Counted from the first letter of the stretch, positions 19,778-28,660 are shown. The stretch is 44,158 bases of DNA from Alphaproteobacteria bacterium UBA3760 (GCA_002371155.1 DFGC01000005.1:93888-138045), one strand, 5' to 3'. The notes: a model not told the origin generated them from the letters alone. Numbers and translations are program-made.

Positions 19778-20452
19778 ATGATAGATATGAAAGAATTTTT
19801 TGATGATGAAAATATCGCGCGCGCGGTGTCTTGGTGGGTGGCATCGGATGTTGATGGGACTGATTTGGCGGGTGTGGCAGAATCAGCAATCGAAACGCGC
19901 GTCCCGATATTATCGGTCGTGCCGCGTGATGTTTCGATAATTTGGCCGTGGGTTGAAAAGTTAAATATTAAAATTTATTCGCGATTCGAATTGGAAACAA
20001 TGGCGGGAAATGCAATATCGGATTTGGCAGTTGATATAAATTCTGGGTTCAAATCCGGGGCGCATGGTGCCCAGATTTTATGTAAATTAAATGATTTGGA
20101 ACGATTCGCGGAATCTGTGTCGGTGGTGCGAAACGATTTGTTTTTTAATAAGGATTTATCGGTTGGGTTGGATTTGTTGGAAATATGGCCATTGGATTGG
20201 GAATCTGTTTTTGCGGCATTGAAAAAAATTCAGGCAACATCGTTGTTGTTGATATTGTCCCAAGATTTACAAGAAAAATCAGATTTTACAGGTCGGATTT
20301 ATGCGGCGTTGAATGCGTGGGATACTGATTCAGATATGGAATTGCATGTGATGTTGGGAACCAGTTTTTCGCGTGCCGAACAGGTTTATCGTTTGGTTGT
20401 GGCTAATCGTCCAAATTTGGTAAATAAGTTGAAATTTTTTGTCAGTTATTGA
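19778..20452 (+). CDS. Hypothetical protein, possibly degenerate DeoC/aldolase-like TIM barrel
   Basis: LSVVPRDV and GFKSGAHGAQI weakly recall DeoC; ORF well supported, function not. Confidence 0.45.
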   Translation: MIDMKEFFDDENIARAVSWWVASDVDGTDLAGVAESAIETRVPILSVVPRDVSIIWPWVEKLNIKIYSRFELETMAGNAISDLAVDINSGFKSGAHGAQILCKLNDLERFAESVSVVRNDLFFNKDLSVGLDLLEIWPLDWESVFAALKKIQATSLLLILSQDLQEKSDFTGRIYAALNAWDTDSDMELHVMLGTSFSRAEQVYRLVVANRPNLVNKLKFFVSY

Positions 20453-21087
20453 TTGGTTAAAACCAAATATTTTGGTTCCTGGGTTCCGGCCATGTTTTTT
20501 TCGGCGTATCGTGTGTGTATTGTTGAAAGTGGCGGAAACGATGCGTATAGCGATGTTTTTTTTGCCTGGTCATTTATCCAATCGAAATATTCCCAATGGT
20601 CTGTGCCGATGATAATTTGTCCGGTCGGTGTTAGGTGTTTTCCCAAAATTGTTAAAAATTCAGAATTTAATAAACGGCGTTTTTCATGGCGTGCCTTGGG
20701 CCAGGGGTCAGGGTGTAAAACCCATATTTCAGAAAATAAAATGTTGGATTGGTTTAATAATTTTCGGACATCGTCTGGGAAAATTCGGATGTTTTTGTAT
20801 TCAGGTTTTATTTTGTTGTCCGATTCGTTTGTGATTGCCGACAACAATGCCGCGACACCGTTCATAAATGGTTCGGCACCGATGATAACCGCGTCGGGAT
20901 TACGCAGTGCCAAATCGCGCACATGTTCGCCGTTGCCAAAACCGATTTCCAGAATTAAATTTTGCCCATGATGTGTTATGTTTTCTGGGGCGATTTGTGG
21001 TAAAATATCCGCCAATAACGATTGTTTTCGTGGTGATAATTTTTTGCCATGACGGCGACCAAATGTTCTTATTTCTTGCTTTTCCAT
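20446..21087 (-). CDS. trmB: tRNA (guanine-N7) methyltransferase TrmB
   Basis: LEIGFGNGEH, PDPWPKARHEKRRL, TDHWEY. Confidence 0.95.
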   Translation of the reverse strand: MEKQEIRTFGRRHGKKLSPRKQSLLADILPQIAPENITHHGQNLILEIGFGNGEHVRDLALRNPDAVIIGAEPFMNGVAALLSAITNESDNKIKPEYKNIRIFPDDVRKLLNQSNILFSEIWVLHPDPWPKARHEKRRLLNSEFLTILGKHLTPTGQIIIGTDHWEYFDWINDQAKKTSLYASFPPLSTIHTRYAEKNMAGTQEPKYLVLTNQ

Positions 21088-21132
21088 ACGATTAGTATAG
21101 AATCATAAAGTTGTAAATACAAGGAAAACAAA

Positions 21133-22710
21133 ATGCGAGATGGATTAAAACCAGAATTGATTGAACGCGTCTTGGGCGCAAAACCAAAATATACTTTGCC
21201 GGAATTAGAGGAGAAATTCCCACCGCGTGATTTGCCCGCGGGTGCGTTCGTCACACGATTCGCCCCCAGCCCGACTGGATTTATGCATATTGGTGGGTTA
21301 TACCAGGTTTTAATAAATTCTAAATTGGCACAGCAAACGAACGGTGTGTTTATGTTGCGTATCGAAGATACTGATACCAAGCGCGAGGTCAAAGATGCAG
21401 TGCAAATTATTATCGATTCACTGAAAAGTTTTGGTTTGTCATATAATAATGATGAAAAATATGGGCCGTATTACCAATCGCAACGCAAAGACATTTATCA
21501 TTCTGTGGCGGCGGATTTATTGGCACGTGGATTGGCGTATCCTTGTTTTTTAACGGCGGCGGATATGGAACGCATTCGTGCGGAACAGTCGGCGGCGGGG
21601 TTCCCAACGGGGATTTATGGCGAATTTGCACGCGACCGTGATTTAACTGAATCCGAGATTATTGCGCATTTGGATAATGGCGAGGTTCCGTCGATTCGTT
21701 TGTATTCAAATGGTAATCCAGAACGACGCATATTCTGCAAAGACGCGGTGCGCGGTTCGATTGGGTTCCCGGAAAATAATGAAGATTTGGTTTTGATTAA
21801 ATCAAATGATGGATTACCGACATATCATTTTGCGCATTTGTGTGATGATCATTTTATGCGGACGACACATGTTGTGCGTGGTGCAGAATGGTTGTCGTCG
21901 TTACCGTTGCATTACCAATTATTTCAAATGATGGGATGGACACCACCAATGTATATTCATACATCAACATTGGATACAATCGACAAAGATACTGGCAAAC
22001 AACGCAAATTATCAAAACGGCATGACCCCGAATCAAATGTTGCAAATTTGTTGGCAGATGGTTGGCCCGTCATGGCGGTGTTGGAATATTTATTTAATAT
22101 TATTGCGTCTGGGTATGAAGAGGCTAAATTAAAAGGTGCGGTGAAATCAATTTGGGATTATGAATTTCGACCAAAGAAAATTCCGATGTCGGGTGCGCTG
22201 TTTGATATGAAAAAATTAGAGTGGTGGGCCAAAGAAAATATTGCACAAATGTCGGTTGATGAATTGGTTGCAAATGTTGTCGCGTGGGCGCAAAAATACG
22301 CAGATTCAATGCGTAAAGAGCAAATTTCGGATTTACAATATTTACGCAATGTTTTGTCGATTGAACGCGATAATCCAAAACGCATTAGAAAAGATTTTAT
22401 TACATGGCGTCAGACTTTGTCCGAGGTTGAATATTTTTGGGATAAATTTTTTGTTCCAAATCGTGAATATGAATTTAATGCCGATGTATTAAATGCGTTT
22501 TTATCGACATTTAATATTGCGGACGACAAGGATACTTGGTGGAATAAAATCGTTGAAATTGCGAATCGTTTTGGAATTAAAAATGGCGATGTCGCAATGA
22601 ATTTGCGCGTGGCGTTGACGGGACGCACAAATACACCTGATTTATATTCAATTATGCAAGTTATGGGTAAAGATAGGGTCATAGAAAGAGTGCAGGGGGC
22701 TATAAAATGA
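21133..22710 (+). CDS. gltX: Glutamate--tRNA ligase
   Basis: TRFAPSPTG, HIGG, RIEDTD, PTYHFA, KLSKR, anticodon-binding LRVALTG. Confidence 0.94.
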   Translation: MRDGLKPELIERVLGAKPKYTLPELEEKFPPRDLPAGAFVTRFAPSPTGFMHIGGLYQVLINSKLAQQTNGVFMLRIEDTDTKREVKDAVQIIIDSLKSFGLSYNNDEKYGPYYQSQRKDIYHSVAADLLARGLAYPCFLTAADMERIRAEQSAAGFPTGIYGEFARDRDLTESEIIAHLDNGEVPSIRLYSNGNPERRIFCKDAVRGSIGFPENNEDLVLIKSNDGLPTYHFAHLCDDHFMRTTHVVRGAEWLSSLPLHYQLFQMMGWTPPMYIHTSTLDTIDKDTGKQRKLSKRHDPESNVANLLADGWPVMAVLEYLFNIIASGYEEAKLKGAVKSIWDYEFRPKKIPMSGALFDMKKLEWWAKENIAQMSVDELVANVVAWAQKYADSMRKEQISDLQYLRNVLSIERDNPKRIRKDFITWRQTLSEVEYFWDKFFVPNREYEFNADVLNAFLSTFNIADDKDTWWNKIVEIANRFGIKNGDVAMNLRVALTGRTNTPDLYSIMQVMGKDRVIERVQGAIK

Positions 22711-23486
22711 CAAAATCAAAGAAAGAAATTAAGGCAAAATTGCGCGCGGTTAAAAAAGATAAAGAGGCATCTCGTTTATTGCGTTTTTTGCAATCGACAG
22801 GTTTGTTCCGTTGGGAAAAGCCGGTCACACACGCGGAATCAGTGTTGAATATTTTAACGCATGGAATTGGTATCGGTTTGGCGATTGCGGCTTTGGCGAT
22901 GTTGGTTGCGTATGCGGTGTTGTATCATAATGTGTGGGCGATTGTGTCGTGTTCGATATTTGGATTGACAATGTTCACATTATATTTTGGTTCAACAATG
23001 TGCCATGCAACAATCGGCGACCGCAGTGAATGTTTTTTCGAGGTTTGGGACAGTATCGCAATTTATGCGTTGATTGCCGGAACATATACCCCGTTTTTAT
23101 TGGTGAATTTGAACAGATGTCATCATATGGGATTGGGGTGGTCTATGTTTGGTGTTCTGTGGGCGATTGTTATTTTCGGCGCGATTATGAAAATTAAAAA
23201 TCCAAAAAGACAACCAAAATGGTTGGTTGCGTTATATTTAATTATGGGGTGGGCGTTGATTTGGATTTTGCCTGCGATGATTCAGACAATATCGGCACGC
23301 GGCATGTGGTTTGTGTTGGCGGGCGGTTTGTCGTATTCGGTTGGGGTTATATTTTACCTGTGGCGGAAAATGCGTTTTTCGCACGCGTTATGGCATTTGT
23401 TCGTGATTGGTGGGTCGGTGTGTTTCTTTTTTGCGGTATTGTTCGGCAGTATTATAGATTTCCCGACCGTTGCATGTTTGATGTGA
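22707..23486 (+). CDS. Hemolysin III / PAQR family membrane protein
   Basis: NILTHGIG, STMCH, IAGTYTPF, HALWHLFV. Confidence 0.92.
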   Translation: MTKSKKEIKAKLRAVKKDKEASRLLRFLQSTGLFRWEKPVTHAESVLNILTHGIGIGLAIAALAMLVAYAVLYHNVWAIVSCSIFGLTMFTLYFGSTMCHATIGDRSECFFEVWDSIAIYALIAGTYTPFLLVNLNRCHHMGLGWSMFGVLWAIVIFGAIMKIKNPKRQPKWLVALYLIMGWALIWILPAMIQTISARGMWFVLAGGLSYSVGVIFYLWRKMRFSHALWHLFVIGGSVCFFFAVLFGSIIDFPTVACLM

Positions 23487-23501
23487 TTGGTGTGATTTAT
23501 C

Positions 23502-23530
23502 ACCGCCCCGATTGGGGCGGTTTTTTATTT
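23502..23530 (+). terminator. Intrinsic terminator between convergent genes
   Basis: ACCGCCCC GATT GGGGCGGT followed by T run. Confidence 0.8.
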
Positions 23531-24400
23531 TACACCAACGGTGAATTCATCGCCGTATGATGCAACGGTTTGACCACCAATAGTGCATTTCAAATCTTCA
23601 AATCCGTTTTCGATTTGATTTTTCTTGATAATATTACTGGTTATGACACCGCCAACGGTTCCCAACACGACGCCCGCGATTGAATCAGATGCCAATCGCG
23701 CCGTATTAAATTTCCCGTCGTCGTTTTTCCATACAGATGATTTTTCAGAAAATTTACTGTCAATGAACGAATCGATTTGGGTAAATATATCGGTTGTTTG
23801 GCATGATGGGTTGCCCGGTGTGCAAGTGATAGTCACGATTGTGTCAGAATCATTATTATTTCCGTCACCCACGCTTCCGCCGTTAGAACCACCGTTTCCA
23901 TCAGAACCACCATTTCCGCCGTTAGAACCACCTTTTCCACCAGAATCACCATTTCCGCCGCCAGAATTCCCGTTTCCGCCGTCGGTTGACTTCTTTTTTA
24001 TGCAACTAGTAAAGGCAGCGACAGTTGTTCCTTCGGGATTTTGTTTTGATTCAAATCTGGGTTCACAATCTTTTTCTGTGCAATATTTTGGGTTTTTACA
24101 ATAATTTTCAGCCATTTTTTGTGTATAACAAATCCCCATGGATGAACCATTGTGAAACCATAAATAAAACCCGTCCTTGCATTCGCGTGCGGTGCATCTG
24201 TGCTCGCCACCATAAGGCTTGCAAATGGCTTTTTTGGCACCAAACATGTCGTTGCAATCTGAATCTTTGATGCATTTCTTGGTGGTGGTATTATCGCGGG
24301 TTGTTTCGCATTTTTTATCACCCGGGGCACATTCGGCGAAGGATTGGGTGGTGCACAATGTGCCAAATATTATTGGAATAACAAGTAATAATTTTTTCAT
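23525..24400 (-). CDS. Secreted Cys-rich protein with Gly/Asn/Ser linker and conserved 70-aa C-terminal module
   Basis: Signal peptide, many Cys, GGNG-type linker, C-terminus shared with 39911..40918. Confidence 0.8.
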   Translation of the reverse strand: MKKLLLVIPIIFGTLCTTQSFAECAPGDKKCETTRDNTTTKKCIKDSDCNDMFGAKKAICKPYGGEHRCTARECKDGFYLWFHNGSSMGICYTQKMAENYCKNPKYCTEKDCEPRFESKQNPEGTTVAAFTSCIKKKSTDGGNGNSGGGNGDSGGKGGSNGGNGGSDGNGGSNGGSVGDGNNNDSDTIVTITCTPGNPSCQTTDIFTQIDSFIDSKFSEKSSVWKNDDGKFNTARLASDSIAGVVLGTVGGVITSNIIKKNQIENGFEDLKCTIGGQTVASYGDEFTVGVK

Positions 24401-24482
24401 AATCTCTCTCGTTTGGGTTTTTTATTCAGGTATTATTTTATCATATTTTTGGTGGTTTTGCAAAATGCAAAGTTTTGTTTGG

Positions 24483-24511
24483 TTGACTTTTTTATTTTAT
24501 TGTTTTATCAT
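24483..24511 (+). promoter_or_regulatory. Sigma70-like promoter P1 for the thrS leader
   Basis: TTGACT-17 bp-TATCAT, 6 nt before leader ATG. Confidence 0.6.
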
Positions 24512-24517
24512 ATGTAT

Positions 24518-24580
24518 ATGATTTTTAATAAATTCATTTTCACAACAACCGTTTTCACAACCCCCGCGGGGGGACGGTAA
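24518..24580 (+). CDS. Putative Thr-rich leader peptide MIFNKFIFTTTVFTTPAGGR
   Basis: 20 codons with 5 clustered Thr codons and GC-rich 3' end directly upstream of thrS. Confidence 0.75.
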   Translation: MIFNKFIFTTTVFTTPAGGR

Positions 24581-24586
24581 TTTTAT

Positions 24587-24615
24587 TTGCACTTGTTATC
24601 TGTGCGTATTATAAT
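24587..24615 (+). promoter_or_regulatory. Sigma70-like promoter P2 for thrS
   Basis: TTGCAC-17 bp-TATAAT downstream of the leader ORF. Confidence 0.55.
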
Positions 24616-24669
24616 CAAAAACAATCTTTATTTAATAAAATCAAAATAGTGTAAAAAAAGGAATTTATT

Positions 24670-26403
24670 ATGTCTTATCCAATTGAAACGGTTCGTCATT
24701 CGTTGGCTCATGTTATGGCGGCGGCGGTGAAAAAATTGCATCCGGAAATTAAATTCGCGGGTGGCCCGGCAATTGAAAACGGGTTTTATTACGATTTCGA
24801 TACGGATTATCGTTTTTCCGAAGATGATTTTGCGGCAATCGAACGCGAGATGCGTGAACTGATTAAATCAAATGGCCGATTCGAACAAAGAATTGTTAGT
24901 TTAGACGAGGCCAAAGAATTATTCCGCGACCAACCATATAAAATGGAATGGTTAAATGAATATGATGCAAATGGCGAGGCTTTGTCGATTTATACTTTCC
25001 GCGATTTTACGGATTTATGTCGTGGGCCGCATGTGGAATCATCAAAAGATTTGCCACGCGACGGATTCAAAATTCGTTCGGTTGCCGGTGCATATTGGCG
25101 GGGCGATTCTAAAAACAAAATGCTGCAAAGAATTTATGTTGATGCCTTTGCCAGCAAAGATGAATTAGATAATTTCTTGAAAATGCAAGAAGAGGCCGCC
25201 GCGCGTGATAATCGTAAATTGGGGCGCGATATGGATTTGTTCCATTTTGAACCTGAATATGCGCCGGGTGCGGTGTTTTGGCATGACAAGGGTTATAAAA
25301 TTTATCGCAAATTGATTGATTATATTCGTCATCGTCAGGAATTGGCGGGGTATATGGAAATTTCTACGCCGTCGGTTATGGACAGATGTTTGTGGGAAAA
25401 ATCTGGGCATTGGGCGAAATATGGTGCGCATAATTATTCGGGGACGACCCAAGATGGCAAGGTTTTCTGTGTGAAACCGATGTCTTGTCCGGGGGGAATG
25501 CTGGTTTTTGCACAGGGTATTAAATCGTATAAAGATTTGCCATTATATTTGGCTGAATTTGGCAAAGTGAATCGTTACGAGGCCGCCGGTGCGTTGTCTG
25601 GGTTGATGCGTGTGCGTGAATTTACCCAGGACGATGCGCATATTTTCTGTACCGAAGAACAGTTGGAATCCGAGGTTGTAAAGATATTGCGGTTTATCAA
25701 AGATATTTATAACAAATTTGGATTTGAAAAAATTACGATGAAATTAGCGACGCGTCCGTTGTCGGAATTTCGTATCGGTTCAGACGAGGTTTGGGATAAA
25801 GCCGAAGGTGCGTTGAAACATGCGCTGGATGCAAATGGTATCGAATATGAAATTGCTGAAAATGATGCGGCGTTTTATGGACCAAAAATCGATAACTATT
25901 TGCGCGATTCAATGGGGCGCGTGTGGCAGTGCGGAACGGTGCAATTGGATATGAATTTGCCGGAAAGATTTGATTTGTCATATATCGGTGAAGATGGTGA
26001 AAAACATCGCCCAATTATGTTGCATCGTGCGATGTTGGGCTCGATTGAACGGTTTATGGGAATATTGTTGGAATCGACGGGTGGCAATTTACCATTATGG
26101 TTGAGTCCGGAACCGGTCGTTGTCGTGCCTGTGTCGGAAAAATATCGCGAATATGCAGATTCGGTTGTTGCCGATTTGCGCGCGGCGGGTGTTTTGGCGC
26201 GTGCCGATTTGCGTGATGAAAAGGTAAATTATAAAGTGCGTGAATTATCGCTTTCTAAAACGCCAATTATCGCGGTTGTTGGCGAAAAAGAACAGGCGGA
26301 TAAAACGGTTACCCTGCGTCGGTTGGGTGTTGAAAAACAGGAAGTCGTCGGGTTGTCTGAATTTGTAAATCAAATGGCGGCGGCGGTTAAATTGCCGATG
26401 TAA
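24670..26403 (+). CDS. thrS: Threonine--tRNA ligase (no N-terminal TGS domain)
   Basis: RHSLAH, DLCRGPH, GAYWRGD, GLMRVREFTQDDAHIF, AFYGPKID, GSIERF. Confidence 0.97.
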   Translation: MSYPIETVRHSLAHVMAAAVKKLHPEIKFAGGPAIENGFYYDFDTDYRFSEDDFAAIEREMRELIKSNGRFEQRIVSLDEAKELFRDQPYKMEWLNEYDANGEALSIYTFRDFTDLCRGPHVESSKDLPRDGFKIRSVAGAYWRGDSKNKMLQRIYVDAFASKDELDNFLKMQEEAAARDNRKLGRDMDLFHFEPEYAPGAVFWHDKGYKIYRKLIDYIRHRQELAGYMEISTPSVMDRCLWEKSGHWAKYGAHNYSGTTQDGKVFCVKPMSCPGGMLVFAQGIKSYKDLPLYLAEFGKVNRYEAAGALSGLMRVREFTQDDAHIFCTEEQLESEVVKILRFIKDIYNKFGFEKITMKLATRPLSEFRIGSDEVWDKAEGALKHALDANGIEYEIAENDAAFYGPKIDNYLRDSMGRVWQCGTVQLDMNLPERFDLSYIGEDGEKHRPIMLHRAMLGSIERFMGILLESTGGNLPLWLSPEPVVVVPVSEKYREYADSVVADLRAAGVLARADLRDEKVNYKVRELSLSKTPIIAVVGEKEQADKTVTLRRLGVEKQEVVGLSEFVNQMAAAVKLPM

Positions 26404-26413
26404 AAAAACATAT

Positions 26414-26437
26414 TGCCCCAGGATTTAACCTGGGGCA
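26414..26437. terminator. Stem-loop after thrS
   Basis: TGCCCCAGG ATTTAA CCTGGGGCA; weak U-tract. Confidence 0.55.
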
Positions 26438-26460
26438 TAATGTTGTAAAAGGAAAAGACA

Positions 26461-26601
26461 ATGAAAAAAATATTATCGATTTGTTTGGCGGTTGTTGCGT
26501 TGATGGCGGTTGCGGGTTGCTGTAATTGCCAGGTTGAACCGATTGTTGAACAAAATCAAAAATTGATTGTGCCACCAAATTTTGGAAATATGCCAAAATA
26601 A
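26461..26601 (+). CDS. Small 46-aa lipoprotein, absent from ORF track
   Basis: AAGGA RBS; MKKILSICLAVVALMAVAG-C lipobox; tail LIVPPNF. Confidence 0.8.
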   Translation: MKKILSICLAVVALMAVAGCCNCQVEPIVEQNQKLIVPPNFGNMPK

Positions 26602-26677
26602 TTTGTTCTTGCAATTTGTATTGGGGCTTTTTTTGTGATATAATATCCCATAGAGATAAAATCTAAGGGAGTTTTTT

Positions 26678-27511
26678 ATGAATAACGAAGACAACACAAA
26701 TTTGGATTTGTTGAATTTGGACGATGGTTCGTCTGATTCTTTGCCCGAGGTTGCATTTGTCAGCCCGCGTCCGAAAAAACCATGGCTGTTGTTGGGAATT
26801 GGTTTGGTTGTTATTGCGTTGGCGACATATATTATTATTCGCACGGTCAGTGGCGGTTCGTCTTCGTCGGTGGAAATAGATTTGGATGCCGGACCCGATG
26901 TTGTGGTCGATGGTGGTGATATGCCCGTTCGTGGGCCAGTGCCGGATGTAAATCCGCAACCGTTGCCACCGGTGCCATCAAATGATATGGTTGCGCGTCC
27001 GCAACCACAACCGGTTCGTGTGTCGCCGGAAACTGTTGTTGTGCAACCTATGCCACAACCGGCCCAGGTCGAACCAAATGTTCGGGTTGTTCAAGACAGA
27101 CCAAATGTCGTATTTAATCCAAACAAGGTGGACGCGCAACCTGCGCCAACGCCGATTGTAAAACCGGCACCAAAACCCGTTGCAAATAATAATGTGGCGA
27201 AACCCGCGCCCAAGGCGGCGGCTAAGCCTGCGCCAAAGCCGGTGAAACAGGTTGCCAAAACATCTGGGGCGACATGGTATGTACAATTTGGTTCATACAG
27301 TTCGCGCGCCGCGGCGGAATCGGCGGGTCAAAAAATCCGTGCCGCACACAGCAGTTTGTTTAATGGCAAAAAATTTGTCGTGTTGGCATCTGTGCTAAAA
27401 GATGGTCGCACAACATACAGATTGCGTGTCGCGTTTAATAATTCAAATGATGCAAATGGATTTTGCCGTAATGCAAAATCAGATGGTTTGGATTGCTATG
27501 TTGCGAAATAA
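26678..27511 (+). CDS. SPOR-domain cell division protein (FtsN-like architecture)
   Basis: Single TM, Pro-rich linker, WYVQFGSYSSRAAA..YRLRV..FC..DCYV. Confidence 0.88.
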   Translation: MNNEDNTNLDLLNLDDGSSDSLPEVAFVSPRPKKPWLLLGIGLVVIALATYIIIRTVSGGSSSSVEIDLDAGPDVVVDGGDMPVRGPVPDVNPQPLPPVPSNDMVARPQPQPVRVSPETVVVQPMPQPAQVEPNVRVVQDRPNVVFNPNKVDAQPAPTPIVKPAPKPVANNNVAKPAPKAAAKPAPKPVKQVAKTSGATWYVQFGSYSSRAAAESAGQKIRAAHSSLFNGKKFVVLASVLKDGRTTYRLRVAFNNSNDANGFCRNAKSDGLDCYVAK

Positions 27512-27522
27512 AGGAGCATAAA

Positions 27523-27741
27523 ATGTTCGGAAGATTGGGATGGGCGGAAATACTGGTTATCGTTGTGCTGTTGGTGATTTTGTTCGGACACAAGGCGATT
27601 CCGGGTATGATGAAAAATGTCGCAAATGGCATAAATACTTTCAAAAGTGAATTGAAAAATGGTGATAAAAAATCGCCTGCGAAAAAAACATCAAAAAAAG
27701 GCGCAGAAAATCGCGCCCCTAAAAATAAATTGAAAAAATAG
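27523..27741 (+). CDS. tatA: Twin-arginine translocase TatA
   Basis: AAGGAG RBS; EILVIVVLLVILFG..IPGMMKNVANGINTFK. Confidence 0.9.
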   Translation: MFGRLGWAEILVIVVLLVILFGHKAIPGMMKNVANGINTFKSELKNGDKKSPAKKTSKKGAENRAPKNKLKK

Positions 27742-27805
27742 CATTTTATACTTGATTCAGTCTCATGAAATTTACTAACCTTGTTAACAAGGGGAAAAAG
27801 TAGTA

Positions 27806-28141
27806 ATGAGACTGAGAGCAACAATACTCACATTTTTGTTGTTTTCTTGCGTATTTTGCGGTTTTTATCGGGGCGCACGCGCCGATACGGCTGCGAATAC
27901 GATGCTGGCTTCGACGGCCTATGTTGATGCAACAATTCAACGGGAGTCGGGCGGTAATGTCGTTATTAAAAATGCTGCTGATTCCTCGGTAACTCTGTCT
28001 CAAAATCCCCAAACAACCGCGGTTCAAACCTCTGCAAATAAAGAGGTGGCGACTATTGGTTGGACAGACACAAACAGAACATCCAAGGTTCGTTCAGGCA
28101 GTGCATCCAGCACAACATTGGTCGATATGTGGATTGAATAA
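27806..28141 (+). CDS. Hypothetical small secreted protein
   Basis: Signal peptide ending ARA-D, Ser/Thr-rich, own RBS and downstream terminator. Confidence 0.7.
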   Translation: MRLRATILTFLLFSCVFCGFYRGARADTAANTMLASTAYVDATIQRESGGNVVIKNAADSSVTLSQNPQTTAVQTSANKEVATIGWTDTNRTSKVRSGSASSTTLVDMWIE

Positions 28142-28172
28142 ATTCACACTTGGGTGTTTTGTTTTTTTTATG

Positions 28173-28208
28173 AAAAAATCCAGGTTGATTTTTCGACCTG
28201 GATTTTTT
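28173..28208. terminator. Bidirectional terminator
   Basis: AAAAAATCCAGGTTGA TTTT TCGACCTGGATTTTTT. Confidence 0.8.
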
Positions 28209-28228
28209 GCGTTCATATTGTTTTTGTT

Positions 28229-28660
28229 TTATTGTTTGCGTGCCTCGTATTCTTCTTGTTCTTCGACGGTCATGGTTGCCAATGGACGCGCCAACATACG
28301 CGATATGCCGATTTCGTCGCCGGAAATAACACTGTATCCAAATGTGCCGTTTTCCAATCTGTCCAATGCGGAATCAATTTTTTTCAATAAATTGTTGTCG
28401 CGTTCAGACATGCGCAGATTCATTGTTAGTGCCTGTTCTTGGGATGCGTTATCGGCATCGTCGCCACCGCCGTTGTTGATTTCGGAATCAATGCCACGAA
28501 CGGTGTTTAATACATCAGAATTTCCGTCAATGATTTCTTGTTTTTGTGCCTGTAAAACCTGATAAAAATATGCGCGTTGTTCCAAACACATATATGGTTC
28601 AGATTTTTTCGGTGTGTATTTCGCAGGTAGTTCCAATGTTTTATAGTTTTGTTTTGCCAT
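28229..28660 (-). CDS. dksA: RNA polymerase-binding protein DksA
   Basis: EPYM..EQRAYF, DDADNA tip motif, KKIDSALDRLENGTFGY, RMLARP. Confidence 0.92.
   Translation of the reverse strand: MAKQNYKTLELPAKYTPKKSEPYMCLEQRAYFYQVLQAQKQEIIDGNSDVLNTVRGIDSEINNGGGDDADNASQEQALTMNLRMSERDNNLLKKIDSALDRLENGTFGYSVISGDEIGISRMLARPLATMTVEEQEEYEARKQ

Noticed and set aside
23860-23985. Short DNA repeats such as CCGCCGTTAGAACCACC
   Set aside because: They encode the Gly/Asn/Ser linker of the - strand protein; low-complexity coding sequence.
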